Positions 26,694 through 35,889 of a stretch of 40,285 nt of DNA are shown piece by piece; the first letter of the stretch is position 1; each line of letters begins with the position of its first letter. The notes under the pieces were generated by a model that saw nothing but the letters and a program-made list of their open reading frames with translations, was not told the DNA's origin and did not search any database. This DNA comes from a virus (taxonomy: Duplodnaviria; Caudoviricetes). A program made the position numbers and the translations under genes. The stretch is taken from positions 1-40,285 of the IMG/VR virus record IMGVR_UViG_3300044858_003641; one strand, 5' to 3'.

Positions 26694-28370
26694 GTGGCGC
26701 AAACCCCCGAGACAACCCGCTCCCTCTACACGCGCCGCAAGGCAGCGTTGTGGAATGAGCGGTCAAGTTGGTTCGTGCATTGGCGCGAGATCAGCGATTA
26801 CCTGATGCCGCGGCAAGGGAGGTTCTTCGTATCCGACCGCAACCAGGGCAAGAAGCGGCACAACAACATCATCGACTCAACCGGCAGCAAGGCGCTGAAT
26901 CGGCTCTCTGCCGGCCTCATGGCTGGCATGACCAGTCCGGCCAGGCCGTGGTTCCGGTTGGCCGTCAGCGACACCAAGATGATGGAGCATGAACCGGTCA
27001 AGCAGTGGCTGGATGATGTCACCCGACTGATGCGCGAGATCTTCCAGCGGTCCAACACCTACCGTGCGCTGCACTCGATGTACAAGGAACTGGGTGGATT
27101 CGGCACCGGGGCGAACATCATCCTGTCCGACTTCGACAACGTGATCCACATGCACCCGCTCACGATCGGCGAGTACGCGATCTCGACCGATCACCGCGGC
27201 ATGGTTGATACCATGTATCGCGAGTTCGACATGACCGTGTCGCAGATCGTCGGGGATTTCGGCAAGGAGAACTGTAGCAAGTCGGTGCAGGATGCATTCA
27301 CTGCCGGCAACCTGGACCACTGGGTCAGCGTGCTGCACATCCTCGAGCCGCGCAAGGATCGCGACCTCAAGAAGCGTGACGCGAAGAACATGCCTTGGAA
27401 GTCATGCTACATCGAGGTCGCAGGCGAAGACGACGACAAGATGCTGCGCGAGTCGGGGTTCAAGCGGTTCCCGGCCATCTGCCCGCGCTGGGACGTGTCC
27501 GGCGGCGACATCTACGGCAACAGCCCGGGAATGGAAGCGCTCGGCGACATCCGCCAGTTGCAGCACCAGCAGTTGCGCAAGGCCACGGCCATCGACTACC
27601 AGGTGCAACCTCCGACCCAGATGCCGCTCTCGATGAAGGGCAAGGAGCACGACCTGCTACCCGGCGGCAACAGCTACTACGACCTGGCCTCTGGCACCAG
27701 TGGTGCGATCAAGACGGCATTCGAGGTCAATCTCAACTTGCAGCATCTGCTCATCGACATCCAGGATGTTCGTCAGCGCATCAAGGAGACCTTCTACGAA
27801 GATCTGTTCATGATGATCGCCAACGACAACCGGTCGAACATCACGGCCAGGGAGATCGCCGAGCGGCATGAGGAAAAGCTGATCATGCTCGGCCCGGTGC
27901 TCGAGCGACTGCACAACGAGATGCTGGCGCCGCTGATCGACATTGCGTTCGACAAGATCATCGAGGCCGGCATCCTCCCGCCGCCACCGCCCGAGATGCA
28001 GGGCGTGGATCTCAATGTCGAGTTTGTCTCGATGCTGGCCCAGGCGCAGCGCGCCGTCGGCACCGGCGCCGTCGATCGCCTGCTGGGCACCATTGGCGCC
28101 GTCGCGCAGATGAAGCCCGAGGTGCTGGACAAGCTGGACCAAGACCAACTGATCGACAAGTATTCCGACATGCTTGGCGTTGATCCCGACCTGATCGTCG
28201 CCGACGACAAGGTAGCGATCGTGCGCCAGGCCCGCGCCCAGCAGGCCCAGGCCATGCAGCAGGCCGCATCTGTCCCGGACATGGCCGACACGGCGAAGAC
28301 CCTATCCGAAACCGACACCACCGGCGACAACGGCCTCACGGCACTGACGCGCCAATTCACGCAGCTTTAA
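26694..28370 (+). CDS. Portal (head-tail connector), BPP-1/T7-like
   Basis: IIDSTG..L.AGLMAGMTSPARPWF, RW....YGNSPGM.ALGD, TAREI.ER.EEKL.MLGPVLERL. Confidence 0.95.
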   Translation: MAQTPETTRSLYTRRKAALWNERSSWFVHWREISDYLMPRQGRFFVSDRNQGKKRHNNIIDSTGSKALNRLSAGLMAGMTSPARPWFRLAVSDTKMMEHEPVKQWLDDVTRLMREIFQRSNTYRALHSMYKELGGFGTGANIILSDFDNVIHMHPLTIGEYAISTDHRGMVDTMYREFDMTVSQIVGDFGKENCSKSVQDAFTAGNLDHWVSVLHILEPRKDRDLKKRDAKNMPWKSCYIEVAGEDDDKMLRESGFKRFPAICPRWDVSGGDIYGNSPGMEALGDIRQLQHQQLRKATAIDYQVQPPTQMPLSMKGKEHDLLPGGNSYYDLASGTSGAIKTAFEVNLNLQHLLIDIQDVRQRIKETFYEDLFMMIANDNRSNITAREIAERHEEKLIMLGPVLERLHNEMLAPLIDIAFDKIIEAGILPPPPPEMQGVDLNVEFVSMLAQAQRAVGTGAVDRLLGTIGAVAQMKPEVLDKLDQDQLIDKYSDMLGVDPDLIVADDKVAIVRQARAQQAQAMQQAASVPDMADTAKTLSETDTTGDNGLTALTRQFTQL

Positions 28371-28380
28371 GGAGTACATC

Positions 28381-28764
28381 ATGGCCGATACCGTAACCGT
28401 CACCACCATCAAGGACTCGGGCAGCGAACTGATCGTTCATCTCACCGGGTCATCCGACGCTACCGGCGAGACCGACGCGATCAAGGTCGACAAGTCGGCC
28501 TTCACCGTCGGCGGCGTCGAGCCGACCACGCTGCGCGTCATGGCCGTGCGCTGGGCCAGCCAGGGATACTCGAGCCTGCACCTGGAATGGGACCGTGGCA
28601 CCGACGTCACCATCATGCGCCTGTCCGGCAACGGGTTTGAGGACTTCCGGCCCGACGGCAAGAACGACAGCGGCAGTGGTGGAACAGGCGACATCGTTCT
28701 CACCACGGTCGGCGCCGCGAGTGGGGCGACCTACGACATCACGCTGACCCTGCGCAAGGAGTAA
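28381..28764 (+). CDS. Hypothetical beta-rich structural protein (127 aa)
   Basis: AAGGAG RBS; Thr/Gly-rich; precedes the spike gene. Confidence 0.7.
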   Translation: MADTVTVTTIKDSGSELIVHLTGSSDATGETDAIKVDKSAFTVGGVEPTTLRVMAVRWASQGYSSLHLEWDRGTDVTIMRLSGNGFEDFRPDGKNDSGSGGTGDIVLTTVGAASGATYDITLTLRKE

Positions 28765-28768
28765 TCCC

Positions 28769-31700
28769 GTGCGACTGGGGCATCGACTGAGCGCAAACGA
28801 CCGTCGCCGCCTGGCGATGATGTATGCGAATAACCAGGGTGGGAGTTCGCGTCAGTCGCTCCTCGACGGCGCGCCGATCCGCCTGCCGCTCACTCACTCC
28901 GCAATCCCAACTATAGGCAACCTTACCCCCTCATTCACCCGCGCCACCACAGGCACAGTGAGCGACAACGAAGGCATCCTGCGCACGGCTATTGCGGGTG
29001 AGGCTAGGTTCGTGGGGGCGCGGCGGGTGAGGAACTGGTTGTCTAACGCAAGCATACCGAGCGAAGATTTCAGCAACGCTGCATGGGCTTACGACGCAGG
29101 GAATACGATTACCGCGAATTATGCTGCGGCTCCTGACGGGACAATGACGGCAGACAGAATCCAAATTGCGGCTGGAAGTTTAATGCGCTGCAACCCAAGC
29201 ATAGGTGTTGTGGCTAGGTCAAAAACGTGGTTGGTTACTTGCTACGTTCGAGCGACTTCTGGAAGTGCCACCTTTAGATACGCACTATCAGATAATGGGG
29301 TGGGGACTACTTATTCCTCTGACATAACGGTAACGGACTCATGGGCTACAAGGGTTGCGTATGTAGCGACGTTTGGGGCGCTAGGATCAGGAGTATTGCC
29401 GGGGCTTGCAGATAAGGTCGCTGGGGGTGGTACAGACCTTATTGCTTGGGGATTCCAACTCGAAGACATCACAGGCCGCACCGACCAGACTACGCCGAGT
29501 GAGTATGTTTCGGTGGGGGCGCTCGACTATCGCAGCAGCCAAGACCCGCTGTATCTGTCGCTGCCGGGGACTGCGGGGCATTATGCGAGTACGCCTGATA
29601 GTGTGGCTGCATCGGTGACGGGCGACATTGATATTAGGGTGCAATGCGCTCTGACGGATTGGACACCTGCTGGATACGCTGCGTTGGCATATAAATTAGG
29701 GGCGGCAGGACAACGCAGTTTTTACTTTGCTGTTGTCGCTGGAGTGTCCGGTAATTTGGAATTTGCATACTCGACAGATGGAACCGCAACAATAGGGGCT
29801 ACAAGCACAGCAAGCGCGTCTATAACGGACGGCGCAACTTCGTGGGTGCGCGTTACATACAACTCATCAACAGGGAAGGTGAATTTCTACAAGTCTGCTG
29901 ATGGCTCCACATGGGCACCTATTGGCGCGGAGGTATCGACTGCCGGTGGCGCGATATTCAACTCGACCACTGTGGTGACTTTGGGTTCTGGTTCTGCCGG
30001 AACCACAGACCTCTTAAACGGTAAAATCTACTCCGCTCAAATCTACAACACCATCGGCGGCACAACCCCTGTCGTTGATTTCAACCCCCAACGTGACGCC
30101 ATCACGCCCACAGGCACGATCACCAGCAGCACCACGTCAGAAGTCTGGACGATCAATGGTGCGAGTAGCGTTGTCAGGAATGCTGTATTTCATGGTTCCG
30201 GCATAGACGGAGTTAAGGCGTACAACACAGACCTGACGGGTGCTGCCCTCCCCACAGCCTACACCTATGATGCTGTCACGCTGAACGGTGTGGCGGGGAC
30301 GTATGTCTCGACGCCGGATAGTGTGGCGAATTCGATCACCGGGGATATTGATATTCGCTGCAAGGTCAGTCTAGTAAATTGGGCAAGTAGCGGGGTGCAG
30401 CAAGAATTCGTATCTAAATGGGGTTTGGCTGGAGCTAAGTCGTATCGGTTCTATAAGGAAACGGACGAGAAACTTGTCCTTGCCAGTGCAGCAGATGGGA
30501 CTAATGTAGTGGTTGGCGCTTCAACTGTCGTAACCGGAATCACAAATGGTGCTACCAGTTGGGTGCGTGTTACGTTAGACGTAAATGATGGCGCAGGGAA
30601 CCGGGTATATAAGTTCTATACCAGCACCGATGGAAGCACTTGGACGCAACTAGGGGCAACCGTTACTACTGCTGGGGCAACATCTATCTATAACAACGCA
30701 AACGCGCTGAACCTTGGTTACGAACCTGCAAATGCTATTGCCCCTCTCTCCGGCAAAATCTACCAAGCCCAAATCTACAACGGCATCAACGGCACCCTCG
30801 CAGTAGATTTCAACGCAGCTCGTTATGCCGGTGGCACTACGCTGACAGGCAGCACGGGAGAGGTCTATACGCTGAACGGCTCGGCTGTAATCCACCCGAC
30901 GAACTACCCGAACCTCGGCTATCTGGCAGAGGCGGCGGCGACGAATAGTCTGCTGCAGAGTAATGCGTTTACTACGACTTGGGTTGATGGTAGCGCGTCC
31001 CCCGTACAGAATGCAGTTGGACCTGACGGTTCCACAAGCGCATGGACATTGACAGACAGCAGTGCGGTTGGCGGTAGCTATATCACACAAGACATAACGC
31101 TAACGGCAACGTCATACACACTTTCATTCCGTGTGAAGAAAACTACCGGTGCGCAAGCTAGTTATCCGGTTGCTTTGTTCTACCTTGCGGCAACAACAGG
31201 ACTCGCTGGTGTAACTGTAGACACAACCAATGGAGTGGCTACGGCTTGGACTGCGTACACTGGATTCACCGGGGTAAATGGATCAGCTACTTGTAAGAGT
31301 TACAGCGCGAACTACTGGCAGGTGTCTCTGACGTTCACCGGAACTGCTGCGGCATGGACATTGCGCTTCTATCCTGCTGGAACAGCTAATGCAACACAAT
31401 CCACTGGATCGCTCGACCTAACTGCCCAAGGCTCCGCAGTATTCTACGGCGCACAAGTCGAACTCGGCAGCGCAGCGACATCGTATACGCCGCGAGGCAC
31501 AGCAGTAGATGGCAGTGGGACGCGGAATGCTGATGTCCTCACCTACACAGGCGGCGACATTGCCAACATCAAGACGCTTGCTTGCACGTTCAGGCGCGAG
31601 AGTGGGGTGAGTGCGTTGGCGTCTGTTGTTGCAATATCTAACAACACAGCAAGCACCTATGCAGCAATAGTTCCTACTTCAGCAACCGCCATCGCTTTCA

Positions 31701-31981
31701 ATGGCGCAGTAGGCGGTGCGACGCAATGGCTAACTACTGCATCAAACGCCTACACGCCCAGCACTCAGGCAAAAGCAGCGTGGTCGCAAGCAACCAATAA
31801 TGTGCTGATGGATTTCAACGGAACAGCGCAAACGGCTGACACTACAGCAACTATGCCTACAGTCACACAAATCGACGTTGGGCATCTGGCAGGAACCATT
31901 CAACTCAACGGCTGCGTCAAGAACATCTACGGATGGACGCGCAACCTGTCTCAATCTGAACTTAACGCCATCACAAACTAA
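28769..31981 (+). CDS. Head spike/fiber-like protein with two LamG/ConA-like domains
   Basis: FTRATTGT..ARF N-terminus; GYLAEAAATN.L..S..F, GAQVELGSAATSY, TRNADVL head-spike-like motifs; internal duplicated domain; Thr/Ser/Gly/Ala-rich, lower GC. Start uncertain (28769 or 28817). Confidence 0.75.
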   Translation: MRLGHRLSANDRRRLAMMYANNQGGSSRQSLLDGAPIRLPLTHSAIPTIGNLTPSFTRATTGTVSDNEGILRTAIAGEARFVGARRVRNWLSNASIPSEDFSNAAWAYDAGNTITANYAAAPDGTMTADRIQIAAGSLMRCNPSIGVVARSKTWLVTCYVRATSGSATFRYALSDNGVGTTYSSDITVTDSWATRVAYVATFGALGSGVLPGLADKVAGGGTDLIAWGFQLEDITGRTDQTTPSEYVSVGALDYRSSQDPLYLSLPGTAGHYASTPDSVAASVTGDIDIRVQCALTDWTPAGYAALAYKLGAAGQRSFYFAVVAGVSGNLEFAYSTDGTATIGATSTASASITDGATSWVRVTYNSSTGKVNFYKSADGSTWAPIGAEVSTAGGAIFNSTTVVTLGSGSAGTTDLLNGKIYSAQIYNTIGGTTPVVDFNPQRDAITPTGTITSSTTSEVWTINGASSVVRNAVFHGSGIDGVKAYNTDLTGAALPTAYTYDAVTLNGVAGTYVSTPDSVANSITGDIDIRCKVSLVNWASSGVQQEFVSKWGLAGAKSYRFYKETDEKLVLASAADGTNVVVGASTVVTGITNGATSWVRVTLDVNDGAGNRVYKFYTSTDGSTWTQLGATVTTAGATSIYNNANALNLGYEPANAIAPLSGKIYQAQIYNGINGTLAVDFNAARYAGGTTLTGSTGEVYTLNGSAVIHPTNYPNLGYLAEAAATNSLLQSNAFTTTWVDGSASPVQNAVGPDGSTSAWTLTDSSAVGGSYITQDITLTATSYTLSFRVKKTTGAQASYPVALFYLAATTGLAGVTVDTTNGVATAWTAYTGFTGVNGSATCKSYSANYWQVSLTFTGTAAAWTLRFYPAGTANATQSTGSLDLTAQGSAVFYGAQVELGSAATSYTPRGTAVDGSGTRNADVLTYTGGDIANIKTLACTFRRESGVSALASVVAISNNTASTYAAIVPTSATAIAFNGAVGGATQWLTTASNAYTPSTQAKAAWSQATNNVLMDFNGTAQTADTTATMPTVTQIDVGHLAGTIQLNGCVKNIYGWTRNLSQSELNAITN

Positions 31982-31983
31982 TC

Positions 31984-32259
31984 ATGCCCCTACACATAAT
32001 CATCCAGCAAGAGCGGCGCACACAGCCTGAGCGCATGGCGACTCCGATAGTGGAGCAACTGCACAGCCTGAGTTACGCGCCGCTACCGGAGGATCTGACA
32101 GATCCGCAGTTCGTCGCCGTGTTCGAGTGGGATGGCGCTGCACCGTTCGTCACCGTGCATAAGGGTGACTATTCGGCAAGGAATATGGCTTACCTAGGCT
32201 GGCCTGATCTGACCAAGGAGCAATACGATGCGCTGGCTGTTGCTGCTGATCCTGCTTAA
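31984..32259 (+). CDS. Hypothetical protein (91 aa), possible spike chaperone
   Basis: Starts 2 nt after the spike gene stop. Confidence 0.6.
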   Translation: MPLHIIIQQERRTQPERMATPIVEQLHSLSYAPLPEDLTDPQFVAVFEWDGAAPFVTVHKGDYSARNMAYLGWPDLTKEQYDALAVAADPA

Positions 32260-32377
32260 CGGCTGCGCTCACTCCGGCCGGCTCACCGGCTCGGGTGAAG
32301 TCGCGCCGGCACCGTATGGCTTCATCGATTACTGCAACCGGCACCCGCAGCGGGCCGAGTGCGGGGGCGCCGAATGA
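32228..32377 (+). CDS. 49-aa predicted lipoprotein, N-terminal part of a BTLCP protease (not in ORF track)
   Basis: AAGGAG RBS at 32215; MRWLLLLILLNG-C lipobox-like signal; APYGFIDYCNRHPQRAEC resembles the BTLCP N-terminal PxG..FC..P.EC motif. Confidence 0.65.
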   Translation: MRWLLLLILLNGCAHSGRLTGSGEVAPAPYGFIDYCNRHPQRAECGGAE

Positions 32378-32751
32378 AGCTGACCGTCACCGATCTGAAG
32401 ATTGTCCAGACCAAGGTGAACATGCTGCCGTACAAGGCCGATGCCGAGCGCTATGGTTGCCCTGAGTTTTGGGAGGCGATTGACGAATCCGGCGGCGATT
32501 GCGACGACTTCGCCATAGCCAAGCTGCAACGCCTCAAGGCGATGGGCATGCCTATCTCTCAAATGCGCCTGGCTACCTGCTGGGCGCTTCCCCATCAGCA
32601 AGGCTACCACTGCGTTCTGCTGGTTGATCTCGACGGAACGACCTGGGTACTCGACAACCGTTATCCGCTCCCAATGGAGTACGACCTGCTGCCTTACGAG
32701 TGGGACAAGTTGCAGATCGCCGGAACAATGAACTGGGAGAAAGCAGCATGA
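32374..32751 (+). CDS. Transglutaminase-like cysteine protease (BTLCP/C93, LapG-like), catalytic part
   Basis: VN..Y..D...YG..EFW...GDCDDFAIAK..L...G...L..HCVLLV....WVLDN; Cys-His-Asp triad. Confidence 0.85.
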   Translation: MKLTVTDLKIVQTKVNMLPYKADAERYGCPEFWEAIDESGGDCDDFAIAKLQRLKAMGMPISQMRLATCWALPHQQGYHCVLLVDLDGTTWVLDNRYPLPMEYDLLPYEWDKLQIAGTMNWEKAA

Positions 32752-33095
32752 TCGACATGAAACTCACGCCCGAGCAGTCGCAGATGATGACGCTGCTCGA
32801 CATGCAGGAATCCCAGAACATCGAGACCGTCGGCGCCTACCCCGAAGGCCTCAAGATCGAACTCGAGGGTGAGGTGCTCAAGCGCCTGGCGATCGGCGAG
32901 GGCAACCTTCCCCAGGTTGGGCAAAAGTTCATGCTCTGCGCCATGGTCGAGGTGATCGAGGTCTGCAAGGAGCAGGGGGCGATGGACACGGAACTGTGCG
33001 TCGAGCTCCAGATCCAGCAGATGGAACTGAATGCCACCGAGCAGATGAACGAGCAGCAGGCCGCCTACAACCAGATCAACAAGATGTACGGCTGA
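32748..33095 (+). CDS. Capsid staple-like protein (epsilon15 gp10-like)
   Basis: MIDMK..YPEGLKIEL..EVLKRL.I..LPQVG..VELQI motif; head module position. Confidence 0.65.
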   Translation: MIDMKLTPEQSQMMTLLDMQESQNIETVGAYPEGLKIELEGEVLKRLAIGEGNLPQVGQKFMLCAMVEVIEVCKEQGAMDTELCVELQIQQMELNATEQMNEQQAAYNQINKMYG

Positions 33096-33107
33096 GTCAC
33101 TGACCCC

Positions 33108-33139
33108 GTGCGTTTAACGCCGGGACCGCACATTACAGT
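33108..33139 (+). promoter_or_regulatory. Putative late promoter, copy 4 (scaffold/capsid)
   Basis: GTGCGTTTAA, 16 nt, TACAGT (33134-33139); intergenic. Confidence 0.75.
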
Positions 33140-33145
33140 GCTCCC

Positions 33146-33454
33146 ATGAAGCAACGAGACCCGTTGGACTTGCGCGCACATGACAGGCAGCGCGAGGACG
33201 CAGAGCAGGCCCGCAAGCTGGATCGCGATCAGGAGAAAGCAGACTTCGCCTGGTTGATGAGCGATCGCCGCGGGCGCCGGTTTATCTGGCGAATGCTTGA
33301 AGTCACCGGCGTGTATCGGTCCAGCTTCACTGGCAACAGCGAGACATTTTTTAGGGAAGGCGCAAGAAACGTGGGCTTGAAGCTGATCAGCGACATCCAC
33401 GAATTCGCACCTGATTCTTACCCAACCATGCTCGAGGAGCAGCGCAAGAAATGA
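33146..33454 (+). CDS. Bbp19-like protein
   Basis: WLMS..RGRRFIWR.L...GVY..SF.....F.EG.RNVGL. Confidence 0.8.
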   Translation: MKQRDPLDLRAHDRQREDAEQARKLDRDQEKADFAWLMSDRRGRRFIWRMLEVTGVYRSSFTGNSETFFREGARNVGLKLISDIHEFAPDSYPTMLEEQRKK

Positions 33455-34083
33455 CAACTGACACCCTGGACACTGCCGGCACGACCACCGAATCCGGCAC
33501 TCAGGATGCAACGACGGCGGCCACCGATACCACGGTGCTGACGACGGGGCAAGGGGCACCGGCGACGGCCAGTGCCGACAATCCGCCAGCAGCGGATGCT
33601 GCCGCCGACACCACGTCGGCCGGCGATAGCGACAACATCGAGTACGAACCGTTCCAGTTGCCCGAGGGCATGACTGTCAACGAGGAACTGCTCAACGAGT
33701 TCAAGGCCACGGCCAAGGATCTCAAGTTGCCGCAAGAAGCAGCGCAGAAACTTGCTGACCTCCAGGTGAAGGTCTACGAGAAGCAAGCCGAGGCGATGTC
33801 CCGGGTTCGCGCCCAGTGGCTGGACCAGACGAAGACCGACAAGGAATTCGGCGGCGAAGCGCTGGCGGAAAATCTGGGCATTGCGCAAAAGGCCATGCAG
33901 GCTTTTGCCACGCCTCAACTGCGCCAACTGCTGAACGATAGCGGACTAGGCAATCACCCCGAAATCGTTCGGGCCTTTGTTCGTGTCGGCAAAGCAATCA
34001 GTGAAGACGGTCGCGTCGTGACGGGAAGCAAGTCGGGAATCCCGGCAGACCCTGCGAAGCGCCTGTTCCCCAACCAATCGTAA
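33451..34083 (+). CDS. Capsid scaffolding protein
   Basis: Acidic Thr/Ala N-terminus; DKEFGG, SGLGNHPEIVRAF..GKAISED; precedes the MCP. Confidence 0.85.
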   Translation: MTTDTLDTAGTTTESGTQDATTAATDTTVLTTGQGAPATASADNPPAADAAADTTSAGDSDNIEYEPFQLPEGMTVNEELLNEFKATAKDLKLPQEAAQKLADLQVKVYEKQAEAMSRVRAQWLDQTKTDKEFGGEALAENLGIAQKAMQAFATPQLRQLLNDSGLGNHPEIVRAFVRVGKAISEDGRVVTGSKSGIPADPAKRLFPNQS

Positions 34084-34095
34084 TAGGAGAAGCAC

Positions 34096-35094
34096 ATGGC
34101 CACTCTTTCCGCCGTACATCCCACCCTGCTGGACGTTACCAAACGTCTGGACCCCGAAGGCAAGATCGACACGATCGCCGAATTGCTCTCGCAAACCAAC
34201 GAAGTCCTGGACGACATGGTCTGGATCGAAGGCAACCTGCCGACCGGTCACCGCACCACGATCCGCACCGGCCTGCCGACGCCGACCTGGCGCAAGCTGT
34301 ATGGCGGCGTTCAGCCGACCAAGAGCACGACCGCGCAGGTCACCGACTCGACCGGCATGCTCGAGGCCTACGCCGAAGTCGACAAGGCGCTGGCCGACCT
34401 CAACGGCAACTCGGCCGCCTTCCGCCTCTCCGAGGACCGTGCCCACATCGAGGGCATGAACCAGGAGTTCGCCTCGACCCTGTTCTACGGCAACGAAGGT
34501 ACGGAACCCGAGGCCTTCACCGGTTTCGCCCCGCGCTTCAACAGCCAGTCGGCAGCGAATGGCGGCAACATCCTGACCGATGCGGCAACGCCGGACAGCA
34601 CCGACAACACCTCGATCTGGTTGATCGTCTGGGGCGCCAACACCGTCCATGGCATCTACCCGAAAGGCTCGATGGCCGGCCTGCACATGGAAGACAAGGG
34701 CCAGGTCACGGTCGAGTCGATCGATGGCGCTGGCGGCCGGATGGAAGCGTACCGCACGCACTACCGTTGGGACTGCGGTCTCTCGGTGCGCGACTGGCGC
34801 TATGTGACCCGCATCAACATCGACCAGGAAGACCTGCTCAAGAATGCCGCGAGCGGTCCCGACCTGATCGACCTGATGACCCAGGCCATCGAACTGATCC
34901 CCAGCCTGTCGATGGGCCGCCCGGCGTTCTACTGCAACCGCACCGTCCGCTCCTTCCTGCGTCGTCAGATCATGAACAAGGTTGCCGCTTCGACCTTGAC
35001 GATGGAACAGGTCGCCGGCAAGCACGTCACGATGTTCGACGGTATCCCCGTCCGCCGTTGCGACTCCATCACCAACACCGAGTCCGGCATCTAA
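34096..35094 (+). CDS. Major capsid protein (BPP-1/epsilon15 type)
   Basis: TLLD..KR.DP, EGNLPTGHRTT.RTGLP..TWR, LFYG, GL.VRDWRY..RI, FDGIPVRRCD. Confidence 0.95.
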   Translation: MATLSAVHPTLLDVTKRLDPEGKIDTIAELLSQTNEVLDDMVWIEGNLPTGHRTTIRTGLPTPTWRKLYGGVQPTKSTTAQVTDSTGMLEAYAEVDKALADLNGNSAAFRLSEDRAHIEGMNQEFASTLFYGNEGTEPEAFTGFAPRFNSQSAANGGNILTDAATPDSTDNTSIWLIVWGANTVHGIYPKGSMAGLHMEDKGQVTVESIDGAGGRMEAYRTHYRWDCGLSVRDWRYVTRINIDQEDLLKNAASGPDLIDLMTQAIELIPSLSMGRPAFYCNRTVRSFLRRQIMNKVAASTLTMEQVAGKHVTMFDGIPVRRCDSITNTESGI

Positions 35095-35119
35095 GCCGCT
35101 CACTGCGAAAGGAACCATC

Positions 35120-35560
35120 ATGATTCTCGACGAACGCAACGAATTTGCCGACGCACTGAGCTGCGTGGCCAACATTGGCAACGCGATCCTGGGCGATGTC
35201 ATCGATCTCGGCGCCACCCCGACCCTGCGCGATCTCGGCAACGGCCAGCCTCTCTACCTGGTCATCCAGGTCGATACGGCCGTCGTCGGTTCGAGCTCGA
35301 CGGTGCAGTGGCAACTGGCATCCGACAGCACGGCCAACCTCGCCACCAGCAAGACCGTCCATCTGGACACCGGTGCTATCGCTGAAGCGACCCTTGTCGC
35401 AGGCTACACGAAGGTGTATGCCCTGCCGATCGAGGCGACCTATGAGCGCTATCTCGGCATCTGGCAGACGGTCGCCACTGGCAACCTGTCGGCCGGCAAG
35501 GTCAATATCTTCCTGGCGACCGACGTGGCCAAGTGGACGGCCTACGACGACGCGATCTAA
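35120..35560 (+). CDS. Capsid cement protein (Bbp16-like)
   Basis: MILD....F, VIDLG...DLG.G.PLYL, ERYL..., GK...FL; follows the MCP. Confidence 0.85.
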   Translation: MILDERNEFADALSCVANIGNAILGDVIDLGATPTLRDLGNGQPLYLVIQVDTAVVGSSSTVQWQLASDSTANLATSKTVHLDTGAIAEATLVAGYTKVYALPIEATYERYLGIWQTVATGNLSAGKVNIFLATDVAKWTAYDDAI

Positions 35561-35570
35561 GGACTGAGCC

Positions 35571-35807
35571 ATGGCGATCAAAGTCAAAGCACTTGAGATG
35601 ATCTTCCACGGTGGCCGGCGCTATCGCCCCGGCGCCGTGCTCACCCTCGAGCCGGGTTACAAGCCCGGCAAGGGGATGGAGGTTGTCGGCGAAGTCGAGG
35701 AACAGGTCAAACCGAAACCCAAGGCCAAAGCAGTGGCCAAGGAACCGGAGACCTTTTCCGAGATCACCAAGATGACTTTGACCAAGGCGCCTGACGGTCT
35801 GGTCTGA
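35571..35807 (+). CDS. Small hypothetical head-associated protein
   Basis: AAGGA RBS; Lys/Pro-rich. Confidence 0.7.
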   Translation: MAIKVKALEMIFHGGRRYRPGAVLTLEPGYKPGKGMEVVGEVEEQVKPKPKAKAVAKEPETFSEITKMTLTKAPDGLV

Positions 35808-35838
35808 ACACTCCTCCCCCGACGCCTGTCGGGTCTCG

Positions 35839-35878
35839 GGGCGGCGATTGGGATAACCCGGTGGCCGCCCTTCTTTTT
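35839..35878 (+). terminator. Terminator-like hairpin after the capsid genes
   Basis: GGGCGGC...GCCGCCC stem followed by TTCTTTTT. Confidence 0.6.
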
Positions 35879-35889
35879 AGGGGTATAGC

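Noticed and set aside
29550-30890. Spike internal repeat as a DGR template/variable repeat pair
   Set aside because: Both copies are in-frame domains, differences are not adenine-specific, and no reverse transcriptase is present
32228-32377. Lipoprotein as an o-spanin (Rz1)
   Set aside because: Far from the lysis cassette, no adjacent i-spanin, and its sequence matches the BTLCP N-terminal motif
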